A stretch of 64,000 nt of DNA, from the NCBI RefSeq assembly GCF_004010195.1, contig NC_057749.1, positions 23,542,999 to 23,606,998 of the forward strand, written 5' to 3'. The translations under genes were made by a program, and so were the position numbers. Shown piece after piece: positions 1-13,400 of this stretch. The stretch comes from Chiloscyllium plagiosum. Lineage: Eukaryota. The first letter of the stretch is position 1, and every line of letters starts with the position of its first letter. Under the pieces are notes generated by a model, which saw nothing but the letters and a program-made list of their open reading frames with translations, had not been told where the DNA came from and searched no databases.

Positions 1-1315
1 CATTACTCACAATCACATTACAATAACTTTTTGCCATGAGTCCAATGCCAAAGTTGACTTCAATTCATTAATAAATACAAGCAATAGCTTTAAAGTTTTG
101 AAATTATTTTCCAATAAAATAAAATGCTGCATGTAAAACTGATTTCCATAAAGTACACTGTGAAGAGTTACACATACCAGTGACAAAAGCTTTCAAAAAA
201 AATGTTTCACCAGATAACTCAGTCAGGGCTGTTTTGTCCAGAATTTTCTGGCAACACGCAGCTCTTTATGAAATATAGCTCAAAACACCAATTAAATATT
301 TATAGTAAGATGACATTTGACTAACAATGTTTGATAAAGATGTAAATTATACTTATGAAACAAGGTTTATTGTGCAATTAAAGTAAAAATTTCTATCTTG
401 CTTTTTTAAAAAAATGTTGCAATGGCAAACAGACTATCAGCAAGGTAGTAAATGTAAGCAATGACTATGCTCATAAATACTACAGTTAATACAGTACTGG
501 GAATGAAGCTGAAATAGTACAGCAAGCCAGACAACTGACAACAGCACTGAACTTTACCATATTCAATGCATGGGCAATTTCTGGAAAATATTGAGCTAAT
601 AAAATGTTGGGATTCATAGCAGAAGAGTATATTTCAAGTATATAAAGATAGTCACTAATAAATACAAATGGAATGCAGAAAAAGACTTCTTTATTCAAGT
701 TGATGAAAATACAGAACTTGCCCCCATATGGAGTGGTTGAGATGCATTCAATCACAAAGTCGATACTTTGTGATCAGGCATCAAGGTTATTCTGACAAAC
801 TGAGACAAAGCAAGGTGGGAGAAGGTTTGTGTAAAATCTGAACCAAATGGTCTATTTCAGCACTGTAAACACTCCAGGTAAGGTTAAGGTTTTATAATGT
901 ATCACTCACAGCACAATGGAGTACTAAGTTCAGCAGTGCTCAACTGGTGTCCTCAGGACATTGTAGCATATTTTTTTAAAAATCAATAGTTTGAAGGTAA
1001 ACACTAGGAGATCAGAAAACGCCAAGCATTGCCTTAAGTGAAAAGAGAAACACCTGTACATAAAATATTAAAATGAAAGTGTGGTAAGCATGCTCAAAAA
1101 TAAGTCACAAGTCAATATCATCACAAGTTCCATTCCAGCAGAGCAGTAAATGCTTTGAATAATGTGCACAACCGAGTACCAGAAACTCAAAATAAATCTG
1201 GATTGTACAATGGGAAAGTTGGGGTTCTGAGAAGATGTGCTTCAACAGGATAAATAACATCATCTCACTCTCAGCTCTTTTACATTTTACATGATCTTAC
1301 AACTTATCGCCCCAC

Positions 1316-1472
1316 CTGTAAATTCACAGCAGTTCAAAGCAATTTTCCTCAGGTAGGCTGTTGCACTCAAATCGAACTTCCTTACTTTGGTTTCAGTTCC
1401 TAATTGCACTACATGGAACATGAGAAAAGAGCTCTTCTGCTTGTTCACCTGTTTTGTTAATTCTATTACAAC
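1316..1472 (-). CDS. VPS13C: VPS13C exon (157 nt) VVIELTKQVNKQKSSFLMFHVVQLGTETKVRKFDLSATAYLRKIALNCCEFT
   Basis: cag acceptor, gtgggg donor, phase 0-1; paralogous to exon 33060-33213. Confidence 0.92.
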
Positions 1473-4400
1473 CTGGAATTACAACAGAACATAGATACTA
1501 GTCACAACAAAAACTATTGAGTATTTAATTTAAATTACTTCACTTACACTACTACATTTGATTGTTAAGTGTAATCCAGTTAATATGTACTTCTAAACGA
1601 AGAATGTCTTCAACGTTTCCTGTTTTATCCCATTTACTTTGCAGGATAAAGCTGTGGATATACTCAGACATTGTGAATGCTGCTTGCCCTGGTCAGAAAG
1701 CATTAGGATAAGCCAGGTGATGGCAGTATTACACAGCTAAACTGTAGTTCCAACAGTGGGAACAAATTATACATATCTGTACAATTAAAACCAAGGATCT
1801 TCTGCATATTTATGAGAGAGCTTCTAATGTTGCTCATTATACAGACCAACCAAATAGGCCAATCCAATCCAAAAATGAATTCACATTACACCAGATATCA
1901 ACTTGCTCATGAAAAAAAAATTGTGAACTTTTTTTAAACACCACTTAATCAACTGTGATACTGCAATGCAGTCATGACAGCCTGCAGTATTATTTGAGGT
2001 GCTATTTTGTATGAGACATCATCCAGAGGCTATCTGTGTCTGTTCAGGCAAGCGCAAAAGACATCGTTGCACTATTCCCAAGAAAAACTAGCCCTAACCC
2101 TTTACTCTTGGCACAAAGAATAGGATAACAGGAAGCTATTTGAATGGAGAGACTGCAGAACTCAGTGGTAAGGAGGGGATTGGCGGGGGTTGGGAAGGAG
2201 GTGTCATGGTACACAAATCATGAAAAGTTAGTATGTAGATTTAGCAAGTGATTAAGACAACTGGTATGCTGATAATTATTCTGTTAGGACCAAGGTTGGA
2301 GGTGTGTATTGTGTTTCTCTACTCCACTGACCGCAACATCGATTGACTATATTGTTAATCGGTAAATGTTAATTATGTACTTACCCAAAATAAGGTTAAT
2401 TTTGTAAATAAACAATATTACTGCTTTAATATAACAAGAGTTAACCCACAAAGAACTAACAGTCTGAATTATGAAAGTAAAGACCCATCTAAATAATTAT
2501 AAAGTCATAGAGATGTATAGCACAGAAACAGACCCTTCGGTCCAACTCATCCATGCTGACCAGATATCCGGACATTTTCTTTGCAGAGATTAGGAAAAAC
2601 AATTTGGACAAAACAGTTAGTTTTCAGACATTAAAAGGATGAGCTATGAAAGGTTCCAGGTTGGTTTTCGCCTGGTGCCTTTTTATGTGTGGACAGGTTA
2701 CTATGTGCAGATGAGTGACCCTCTGGGACCTTTTCACACAGTTCATTGAGAACGTCAAGATGAAAGTTTCTCGGAACCTTGTAAGGAAAGTAGCGGTGAA
2801 CTCTTGCAGTTCTAAAATGATTCTCAGGAGTTTTTGTTTTTGCAAAGTGACAAAAGGCTGAGCTGGGAGCTTTGTGTGTCTTCTCCAGTAGGTCCCTCAT
2901 TGAACTCCAAAACACGAACAACCAGCCATACTCCTAATAGCTATAAACCCAGGCGTGACTTCCAGGCTCAATCTGAAGTCATGTGTCTTCCAATAAATCC
3001 AAGCAGTTAGCCGAAGACATGGGTCTTCCAGCACATTCCCTTTTTTTAAAAGCAAAAGGGGAAAGTCCTAGTGTCCCCTTCAATGGCCTTTTAAAAATAA
3101 AGCAATGGGTTTAATAACACTTTAGCACCTCAAATGAATCTGTTTCACAAAGCTTCAGACATCAGTCCTCAAATAATGTCAATAATGGGGGCACATTCAT
3201 AACAGCTGGCTATGGAATATAAAAGTAGGAAAGTTTTAATGCAACTGTAAAAGGCCTTTGAGAGGTCCCATCTGGTGTTTGGTCCTGGAGGTTTGGTTTC
3301 CTTATTTGAGAAAATATGGAATTTCATTGGAAGCCCTTCAGATGATTCAGCCAATTTACTGCTGAGATGAAGGAGCTCCCTTATGAAGAAAGATGGAACA
3401 GCTTTAGCATACCCCTTTGGAGTTGAGAAGAATGAGGGGCAATCATAAAAAGAGAAAAGATCCCAAAGAGAATGGACAGGGTAGATCTTGTGGCGGTGGG
3501 GTGTGAAAGGCTATAACTACTGGATTGTTTAAAAATGAAGGTTTTTTTTTAAAAGGAGGATTTTCTTTTTCTTTCAGGCATTGCTATCTATGAAAGAGAA
3601 TTCCACAAAACAATGGGTGCTGGCTCATTGATATTTTTCAAGAAAGGCAAAGTTAGATAGAAACTTCATTATAACAACAAGATTTAATCCACAAAGATGC
3701 AGAACTAACGGTCTGAATGATGAAAGTGCAAACGTTTACCCAACTAAAGAGTTTAAAAAAGGGAGATTCAAGGATTATGGGATGGGGGTACAGACGAGTG
3801 TGTCAAATTGAAAGCACAATCATATCAGCTATGATCTTATTGAATGGCAGAATAGGCTCACAGGGTGGTGTGGCCTGCTCGTGCTTCTAAGATATATGTT
3901 CCTGACGTTCTGGCCAGTCTCTATCTCCCAAACAAAAAATTTCTAGTCACCTAGCTTCTTGTCAAATTTTGCCATGCACAATTGAGGACAGCATTTGTTG
4001 TCAGCTTAAAAAGACATGCATTTCTACCTTGCTTTTCTTGACCTCCCAAAACACTTCATAAATTCATTCTCATCTTCCAACTGACACAGCTCAAAATGAC
4101 AGATTGAAAAAAATCACTGGACATAGAAGTACGCACTCATATGGCATCAACTACCAGTTGCAGTACCTAACTTTGTAAACTGTTGATCCTAATCCAGCTA
4201 ATCCAAATAGTACAACTACATCTCTAATGCAACAAGCTATGTAGTTGAAGTGTTTGCCAAGAGTTAGTGCACTGGGCTATGTTAGCTAACAAACTTCTCT
4301 GAAGCTTCTGTGGCAAGACCGAATAAAGCGGGTTTACATTTCTAATGGAAATAGCACAACTCACCTCCTTGATTTCAAAGTTCAGCTGAACATTGACAAC

Positions 4401-7400
4401 GTCATCTGATGCACCTTTTATTATATCCAGATGATGATCTGCTGCTGAGCCTTCAGTTGCCACAGTTTTCACAGGCTTGGTTGCCTCTGTGGGATCTAGG
4501 AGTTTCTCTGTTTATTCATTAATATGCAAAGTGTTCGTAAATCTCATTTTTCAACAATACTGAAGAATTACATTTTATTAAATTAATACACCAAGGGTCA
4601 CTTACAAGAGTGACTGATTGATTAATTTAAATGAAGTATTCATTTTAAAATCTTTGACTCTGATTTTAACTTGGTATCCATACACAACAGTCCATACAGC
4701 TTAGAGTGCAAGCGCACGTGGAATTTCCTGCTATCCATCAGATCAACACACTACTCAAAGGTCACCATCGGATGACAGCTAATGAAATATTCCCACTGTC
4801 AAAGAACTTTAAAAACCCTCTTGAATTTACACAAAATCTCTCAGACCCTACACCAAAGCATTCCATATGCTACAAACTAATAGAAGACCCACCTTTCAAT
4901 GACACAACACAACTTCGATCTAGTAACTATACAAACTGTGGAAGTTCCAGCTTTCAGCTTTTCATGAAAATCTGGACAACTGGAACGTCAAGTGGCAGCA
5001 CCAAGGCTCAGTGTATAGCACCACTGCCTCACAGCGCCAGGGACCCGGGTTCAATTCCAGCCTTGGGTGACTGTCGTGTGGAGTTTACGCGTTCTCCCTT
5101 TGCCTGCAAAGGTTTCCTCCAGATTCCGATTTTCTCCCAGAGTCCAAAGATGTGCAGATCAGGTGGATTGGCCAAATTAAATTACCTCGTAATGTCCAAG
5201 GATGAGAAGGATAGGTGGATTAGTAATGCTAAATGTAGGATTATGGGAATGGGTTTAGGAGCTGGGTCTAGATGGAATGCTCTTCAGAGGGTCTGAGCAG
5301 GCTCGATGGACCAAATGGTTCATTCCACACTACAGAGATTCCACAATTTTATGAACTACTTGAGGATAGGTCAGGGAACATGTGGTGACTTGCTCCACAA
5401 ATGAAAAGGATCTTAAAAAAAGATTTTTTGTAGCCATCCAAGTCAGACTATTGCTCTGGGAGATCTATTCATGCTGGCATCACCAACCATTCACACTGAG
5501 CTGAAGCCATTGAATGGATTGTGAACTTCAAAATTAAACTAACTACTATCCCAGCCATTCAAAAATAAACTTACATTATTTAACCAAATACTATTTAATG
5601 GAAAAGCACAGTAGGTCAGGGAGCATCCGAGGAGCAGGAAAAAATCGACATTTCGGGCAATAGCCCTTCATCAATTTTTCTGCTCCTCAGATGCTGCCTG
5701 AGCTACTGTGCTTTTCCAGCACCACTCTAATCTCCAGCATCTGTAGTACCCACTTTCACCTAAATACTATTTAATGACAAGCTTTTTTTAAAATAAAGTT
5801 TAAATCAAAAGCAATGTCAAAATAAAATCTCTAAATTTATGATTTTGTCTATAATTTTCCCACAAGAAAGCTCATAAATGATGATAATTTTATAATTGAT
5901 CAAAAATAAAACCAATAATGTGTTTTAGTACTATGCTTCACCTAAACAGAGCTGCTGAGTGCATTGTTAAAATTATAAAACCAGTGAAATAATGGAGATC
6001 AAATCAGTGAAACGGAAGGATGGAAATCAGCTTAGCTCCCTCTCAATTTACAGGCACAGATATCTATTTAGAGAAAACGCTCAATTAAACAAGTTACAAA
6101 ATTGCACTCTTTTCAACTCAAACATGACAAAACGAGTTCCGTGTAAGCATTAAGCAATTAAGTGAGCTCGCTCAGCAACGTCATTCCTTAATCACATGCT
6201 CAGATTTAGGTCAAATGTTTATCAGCTTCTGCACATAATTGTGGTCCCAGAAAGTAAAAGGAAAAACTGTGTCATCAAGAAACAATCAAAAAATGACAAC
6301 CGTTCGCAGGAGAATGCACAGCAAGAGAGATTAAATGAAGGCAAACAGAAAATACATATGGTCAATAAAGTTCTTTTGTAGGTCACTGGTTTTCACTCAC
6401 ATTTAAGTTTTATGATTTAAAACACAAGATTTAGTTGAAATTATACTCAGCATCAATCAAATGACTGCCCTTACTTTTCACGTCATCCTTCAGAGCTTTT
6501 ACTGCATTTGTTTCTTTGCTGCCTTCACCAAGATTTTGCTCAAAGACCTTCATCAGAACAATTAGATCATCTTCACTGAGAACAATCTGAAACAGGAAAA
6601 CAAGTAGCAAAACAGTACAGCAAATACAAAACATTTTATTCATAAATACTAATTGCAATCATGCCTCTTCTAGCGTAAATTTTGGGAAGCAAAGTTTGCT
6701 CCTGCCCTGCCAGACATTAAAAATAAAAGTTTAAGAAACAGAGATAGGATTAGGCCATTCATCCCACGAGTGAGGCCTGTATTTCAACAAGGTCACGGCT
6801 GATCTGGCCATGGTCTTACCCCCACTATCTGGCCTGCTTCCCAATAATCTTAAACTCCCTTGTCAGTTAAAATTTAGTCTTGGAAATATTCACCGACCCA
6901 GCCTCCTCTGATATCTGCAAGTAGAAAGGTCAATAAATATAAAACAACTCTTGTGCAGGAAAATTTGACGTGGAGCATTGCACACCCTGTAAGACACCTG
7001 CCTGATTTTATTGGTAGTATCATCAGATGGGTCTGGTCACCAGTGACCAGAACCCGGCCCACACCACATTTTTCTCTCCAGTCATGCTAAACACTGAGAG
7101 AAGTCTGAACCAATGATTTATTGAGTGTACAATTCTGGACATGACACTACAGAAAGGATGTCAAGGCAAAGAAGAGGTTTACTGCAATCAGAATTGGGAT
7201 GAAAATCTTTAGTTGTACAGAAAAACCTGAAATATTGGCACCTTTCTGTTTAGGGCAGAGAAGGTTAAGGAGGGGAATGACAGAGAAGTGCAACCTTCTG
7301 ACATTTTTTGACACTGGGGGGAAACTCCCTTCACCACCTGGGAAAGGACCACCAGAGATCATGGATTTAAAACAGCCCTGATAAGAACTACAGGGAAAAC

Positions 7401-10400
7401 AAGGTTTTCACCACCAGACAGAGCATGGTTAAAATCTGGAGCACATTACCTGAAAAAGAGTGGTGGTAACTGATCTCAAGGAACATCTAAAATGGCACTA
7501 TGCAAAATATCCTACTTAGAACAAGCATGAAAATGAAATACCATAAAACATGCTGTTACCCACATTCATGGTCTTTAAATCTCCTTTGATTTCCACATTT
7601 GGAATTTTGAGGTACCAGGCTGCTGACAAATTTCTTTGCACAGTGAGTTGTAAGTTGGTGGGCTGCAGCATTTGAATGTCAAGTTGAGATGAACTGGTGT
7701 GCAAGATAGTCCTGATTGAAAAACATGGCTGAATTAATCCAGGGCAGAGTAGAGCTCTTTATGTAATGATATTACACTAAAAAGATAATTGCTTTAATTT
7801 GTCTTAACTGAAAAATGGCTTTAAATCTTTAATTTTAAAATCTACATCTAATGCTGGAGTTCTAAGTTGAGGGGGAGGGTGTAGGGAATTGATCCTTCCA
7901 CCCAATTTTTGCCCAAAAGTTTCCTAACATTTCTTTGCCCTGCAGTTCAATACTATTGTTGTCATCTAAATTCAAGTCCTCACTCCCTTGTGTGAAAGCA
8001 GACAGTGACCTACATACTCAATCCTGGCAAAGGAAATATTACAGTTAAACTCCTGGCAGTGCAGAGTTCAATCTGACATCACCACTTCACCACCCCTCTC
8101 AACCCTAACTCCACTCCTGCCTTGGTTCATGTGCTGCCGATCTCCTCACCCATGCCTTTGTTTCTCAACCTGACTATTTCAACAAACTTAAAGGTATCTA
8201 AATGTCTGCTGCTCACATCCCAACTTGAGCAAATTCCTGTTGACCCATCACCTTTGTACCCACTGATCTACACTGGCTCCCAGATGAGCCATGTCTGAAT
8301 TTTTAAAAAGTGTCATTCCCTCCATGGCCTCTGCCTTCCATATCTTTGAGACCAGTCCTCCCCCTGGAAACTCCATGTTCTTTTACTCCTGGCCTCTTTA
8401 GAATCGCTGATTTTATTTGATCCACCACCAGTGGCTATAATTACAGCTGCCAAGATCCTGCACTTTGGAATTCCATCCCTAACCCCTCTGCTTCTCTGAA
8501 ATGCTCTCCTCCTTCAAGATGCATCATGAAAACTACCTATTTGACTCCGCTTTTTACACCTGCTTCGTGGCTCAATGTCAAAATACCGTGAAGTATCTTG
8601 GGATGTTGAACTAAGTTAAAACTTTCACACATCCAAGTTCTTGACATTACTGAATAACTATCAACAATAGAAACTCCAGATTACTCTCCCTCTCCTTGGC
8701 AACGTGTCACAAAGCTCAGTGCCAACATGGTGCTCATCTTTTTCCAGCTCCTCAATGGAGGGATCAAATTTCCAACAGAGGATTTTCAGGTTTTCACAAA
8801 TGTCAGTTGACTCCCTTCCCAAAGAAATCATCAGGAAAAGGTCTGAAGCACTTGAAAATGTGGTCTAAATGGGCAAGTTGAATACAAAAATAATTTAGTG
8901 CAAATACCAGAGGGGTTCTTAGCTCCTCTATTCTGTTCCAGCCTTCTGCTTAATCATGATTCTTCTTAAGGAGAATCGCCACAATGGCCAATGGAAAATT
9001 ATTACAAATCCCAGAAAAGTTAACTTACTGCTCATTTATGAAAATAGTGCTTCATAATGTGTAATTCAACATATAATATCACCATTAAATGCAATGGAAT
9101 TACTAAATTATTGCTTATCAGTCCAGTGCAATTTATTTATTAGGCAGACTTTGAGCTAAAGGCAGATGCACCAAACTCACTGGACTACAAGATGCAAAAA
9201 TTTAACTTTACCTCGCAAGTTTTAACTGTGTTAGATGAACATCCATGACGTCCAATACAGGTGGTAACGAGAACCCCTCATCTGGGATCAAAGTGAATCT
9301 ATTTTGTACAGTAATCAAACCCAAATCTGCCATAATCGCATTCATGGAGATGGAGGACTCCGGGATGATAATAACCGGTGCTTTCAAGTGTATGTCCATT
9401 GCCAGTCGGAAACTCTTCTGGGCAAAATCCTTGACGCTGGAGGCTGCTTTTTCTGCAGCCTGGGCTGTTGCTGCACTTAACGCTTCCTTTGCTGCTTGGA
9501 AGTTGTCAAAGAAGTTCTACAGTAAACAGTTAACAACAATTCATCTGTACTCAAGCTGTGGTCATTTTTAGTTAAATATATTAGAAAAAAACATTCCCCT
9601 TAAGCAAATTTAAGTCAGTGCATTGGAGTAGAGATATATGAAACTGTCCCACGAGAAATAGTTGAAGCATTTAAGGGAAAACATACAAGACCATAAAACA
9701 TGAAAACAGATGCAGGCCATTCAGCCCATCGAGTCTGCTCTGCCAATCAATGAAATAACAGCTGAGCTGAAAATCCTCAACTCCACTTTCCTGCATTTTC
9801 CCCAAAACCTCTCATTCTTTCTCAAATTAAAAATCTGCCTACCTTAAGTTTGAAATCACGACATAACCCAACCTCAACAGCCTTCTGTAGTAAAGCATTC
9901 CACAATTTTATTACCCTCAGAGTAGAAATTCCTCATCTCTGCCTTAAATGTGTGATCCCTTACTCTGAAACCAAACCTTCTGGTGTTAGACCCTCCTACA
10001 CCTACCCTGTCAACTTCCCTAAGAGTCATATGTTTCACCAAGATCACCAATCATTCTTCAATATTTCAGTGAGTAATAGCTCAAACTACTCAAACACTCA
10101 AAGTTTCAATGAGGAAAAAGGAACGTGGCCAAGATGGAGTGTAATCACATAAAAGGCCAGGAACAGAACTTGGCCATTCGAGGTCATAGCTGATCTCGAA
10201 TACCACAATGGCATTCTCACATTATCCTCATACCCCTCGACATCATGAATATCTAGAGCTATCAATCTCGGTATTGGTCATACATACTGGTAAATTATCA
10301 ACTGGGTGGGCTGAATGGTCTGATTCTGTGTCATATATTCTATTTAATCTTCTACTTGAAAAAAGATCATAATTTGCAATTACCAAGAATTAGATTAAGA

Positions 10401-13400
10401 ATCAAAATCAGAAAATTACAGGCTGCAGAGCCAATTAATGGTAAATCACAGCCAGAAAACAAAACTACGTATTCACATATCGTCAACCTTCTCAAACTCC
10501 TTTGTACATCAGTGGTGCGCGTGCAGATTCTCACCTGAAAACAAGCAGTACTTTCCAGTCCGCATGATTCCCTGAACAAGCCAATTAAACCAACCCACAA
10601 ACACAGTACTTTAAGCAATTAAAGTGTGACCATAAAGGTGGTAAAATCCAGTCTGTTTGGAGTGGTGATGAGAAACCACATTCAAACTAATAATCTTTAG
10701 CCTTCAAAAGAACACACCACCTGCACTGTGGGATCATCATTATACATGAGCTATTTCATAATATAAAGCTCCTGCCCATAGCAAAGTAGTTCACCTGCTG
10801 ACTTGGCTTAAGCAGCGACAAAGTTAATTTTCAATTTAAAAACCTAAATAAACCAAGTAAATCTTGTCGATGATTTGAAACAATTCTATAACCTCATTTT
10901 TGCTAAACTGGAAACAAAATTTAAGATGGTATCCTTTGCATCAATAACAGGTTCTCAATATTATACTCGTAAAAACATTGAACTATCCAGCGTACTCTTA
11001 TTCAAAAGCAAAAATTAAAATCGTTTCATTCATATAGCAACTTTGCCATCTTTAAGAAACTCCATGGTTCTTCAAAACTACATGATTACTTCCAGTAAAC
11101 ACTCACTAGTTCTGGAGGCAAACATGCAGGAAATTTCCACACAGCAAAACACCACAACAACAAATGGTGGTTCCGAGAAAGATCTTCATACTATTCAGGA
11201 GGATTTAAAAATAGAGTGGCAGGGGCTAAAAACCAAAGCAGTTCAGCACGCGGAGGGATTTGGGAGGGGGGGGGGTGGGAGAGAAGAGGAGGTAGATGAC
11301 AGGATCGGCAAGTTAGAAAGGAAGTGCAGGTATAGGCAGGTAAACGAACATAATGGTGCTAATGGGCTGACGTGTATTTATTTCAATGCAAGGAGTATTA
11401 TAGATAAGGCAGCTGAGCTCAGAGCCTGGACCAGTACATGGAACTATAATGTTGCGGCCATTACAGAGACTTGGTTTACAGGGGAACAGGACTCAATGTT
11501 CCACAGTTGTTTTAGACAAAAGAGAAAGGAAGGTAAAAGAGGTGGAGGAGTTGCATTCCTATCAGGGAGAACGTTACATCTGCACTCAGAGGGGACATAC
11601 TGGAGGGCTCATCAACTGAGCCAATATGGATAGAGTTCAAAAATAAGATGGGTGCAATCACTCTGATAGGATAATATAGGACCCCCAACAGCTACTGAGA
11701 CATTGAGGAACAAATATGGAGGCAGTTTATGGAAAGACGCAATAATGACAGGGTTGTCATGGTGGGTGACTTGAACCTCTGCAACATTGGAGAAAGTGAG
11801 GACTGCAGATGCTGGAAATCAGAGCTGAAAAATGTATTGCTGGAAAAGTGCAGCAGGTCAGGCAGAACTGCTGAAACTTTCCTGAAGAAGGGCTTATGCC
11901 CGAAACGTCGATTCTCCTGCTCCTCTGATGCTGCCTGACCTGCTACGCTTTTCCAGCAACACATTTTTCACCTCTGCAACATTGACTGGGACACCTTTAA
12001 AGCAAGAGGCTTAGGTGGAGCACAACTTATGTGCACCTGAGAAGATTTCTTGAAAAAGTATCTGCATAGCCCAATGATAGGAAGGGCCACTTCGATTGGC
12101 GAATGAGCCTGGCCTGGCCTTTCAGTGGGAGCGCATTTTTGGTAACAGTGAGCACAACTCCTTAAGTTTTAACATAACTGTGAACAAGGATGAGTCAGGG
12201 TCTTGCTGGAGGGCAAGGTATGTCAGTATTAGGCAGGAGGGAGGCAGTGTTAATTAGGAGTAGCTGTTATCATTTGACATGTGGAAATTGTGTAAAGACC
12301 TCATGATCAAAGTTCAGAACTGGCATGTTCCAGTTAGGAGAAAGGATAAGGATGGCAAGGCCAGGGACCCTTCAACAACAAGGAAGTTTGCAAATTTAGT
12401 CAAACAGGAAAAAAAGTGTATGTTAGGTTTAGGAAGCTAAAACTAGACAGGACCTGTGAGGAATATAAAGAATGCAGGACAGAACTTGAGCAGGGAATTA
12501 GGAGAGCAAGAAAGGGCCATGAGAGCAAGTATGGTTAAACAGAATCCCAGGGCATTCTATAGATACATTGAAAACAAGAGGATAACTAGGAAGAAAGTAG
12601 GATCACTCAAGGATAAAAGGAGGGACCATGTGCTTGGAGGCAGATAATGTCAGTGAGATCCGAAATGAATACTTTGTATCAGTATTCACTGGAAGGATAC
12701 GGAGGATAGTGCGATTAATGTACAATATCCTAATATGCTGGGCATATTGAGATCAAGAAATTAGTGGTCTTGGGTCTTTTGAAGAGCATTAAGGTGGATA
12801 AATTCTCAGGAACCAATGGTATCTACCTCAGGTTATAGAGAGAGGCAAGAGAGGAGATTGCTGGGGCCTTGTCCAAGATCTTTGTATTCTTGCTAGACAC
12901 AGGAGAGGTCCCAGAGGACGGACAAGTAGCTAATGTTGTTCCTCTGTTGAAAAAGGGAAATAGGGATAATCCTAGAAACTATAGACCAGTGAGTCTCACA
13001 TTGGTGGTTGAGAAGCTATTAGAGAGATAGGATTACACAATAGCATTTGGAAAAGCATGGCCTAATCAGGAACAGTCAGCACGGCTCTGAGAGAGGCAGG
13101 TCATGTCTTAGGAATTTGACTGAATATTTTGAGGTAGTGACGAAGGAGATCGATGAGAGTAATGAATGTTATCTACTTGGTGTTTAATAAGGTGTTTGAC
13201 AAGGTCCCTCATGGTAGGCTCAACCAGAAGATTAAGATGCATAGGATCCATGGTGACGTGGATTCAGAATTGCCTTGCCCATAGAAGGCAGAGGGTAGTC
13301 GTAGAAGGGTGTTTTTCTGGCTGGAGGTCTGTGACTTGCGGTCATCCAGAGGAATCTGTAGTGAGGCCTCTGCTTTTCGTGATATGTGTAAATGACTTGC

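Noticed and set aside
4706..5296. 196-aa ORF on the plus strand
   Set aside because: Non-ATG start and reads through an HE1 SINE; no splice or homology support.
7558..7563. Alternative gtaaca donor 4 nt downstream of the chosen donor
   Set aside because: Would shift the frame relative to the next exon.
9245..9571. Plus-strand ORFs overlapping exons (also 20603, 35693, 55454)
   Set aside because: Antisense shadows of VPS13C coding exons.
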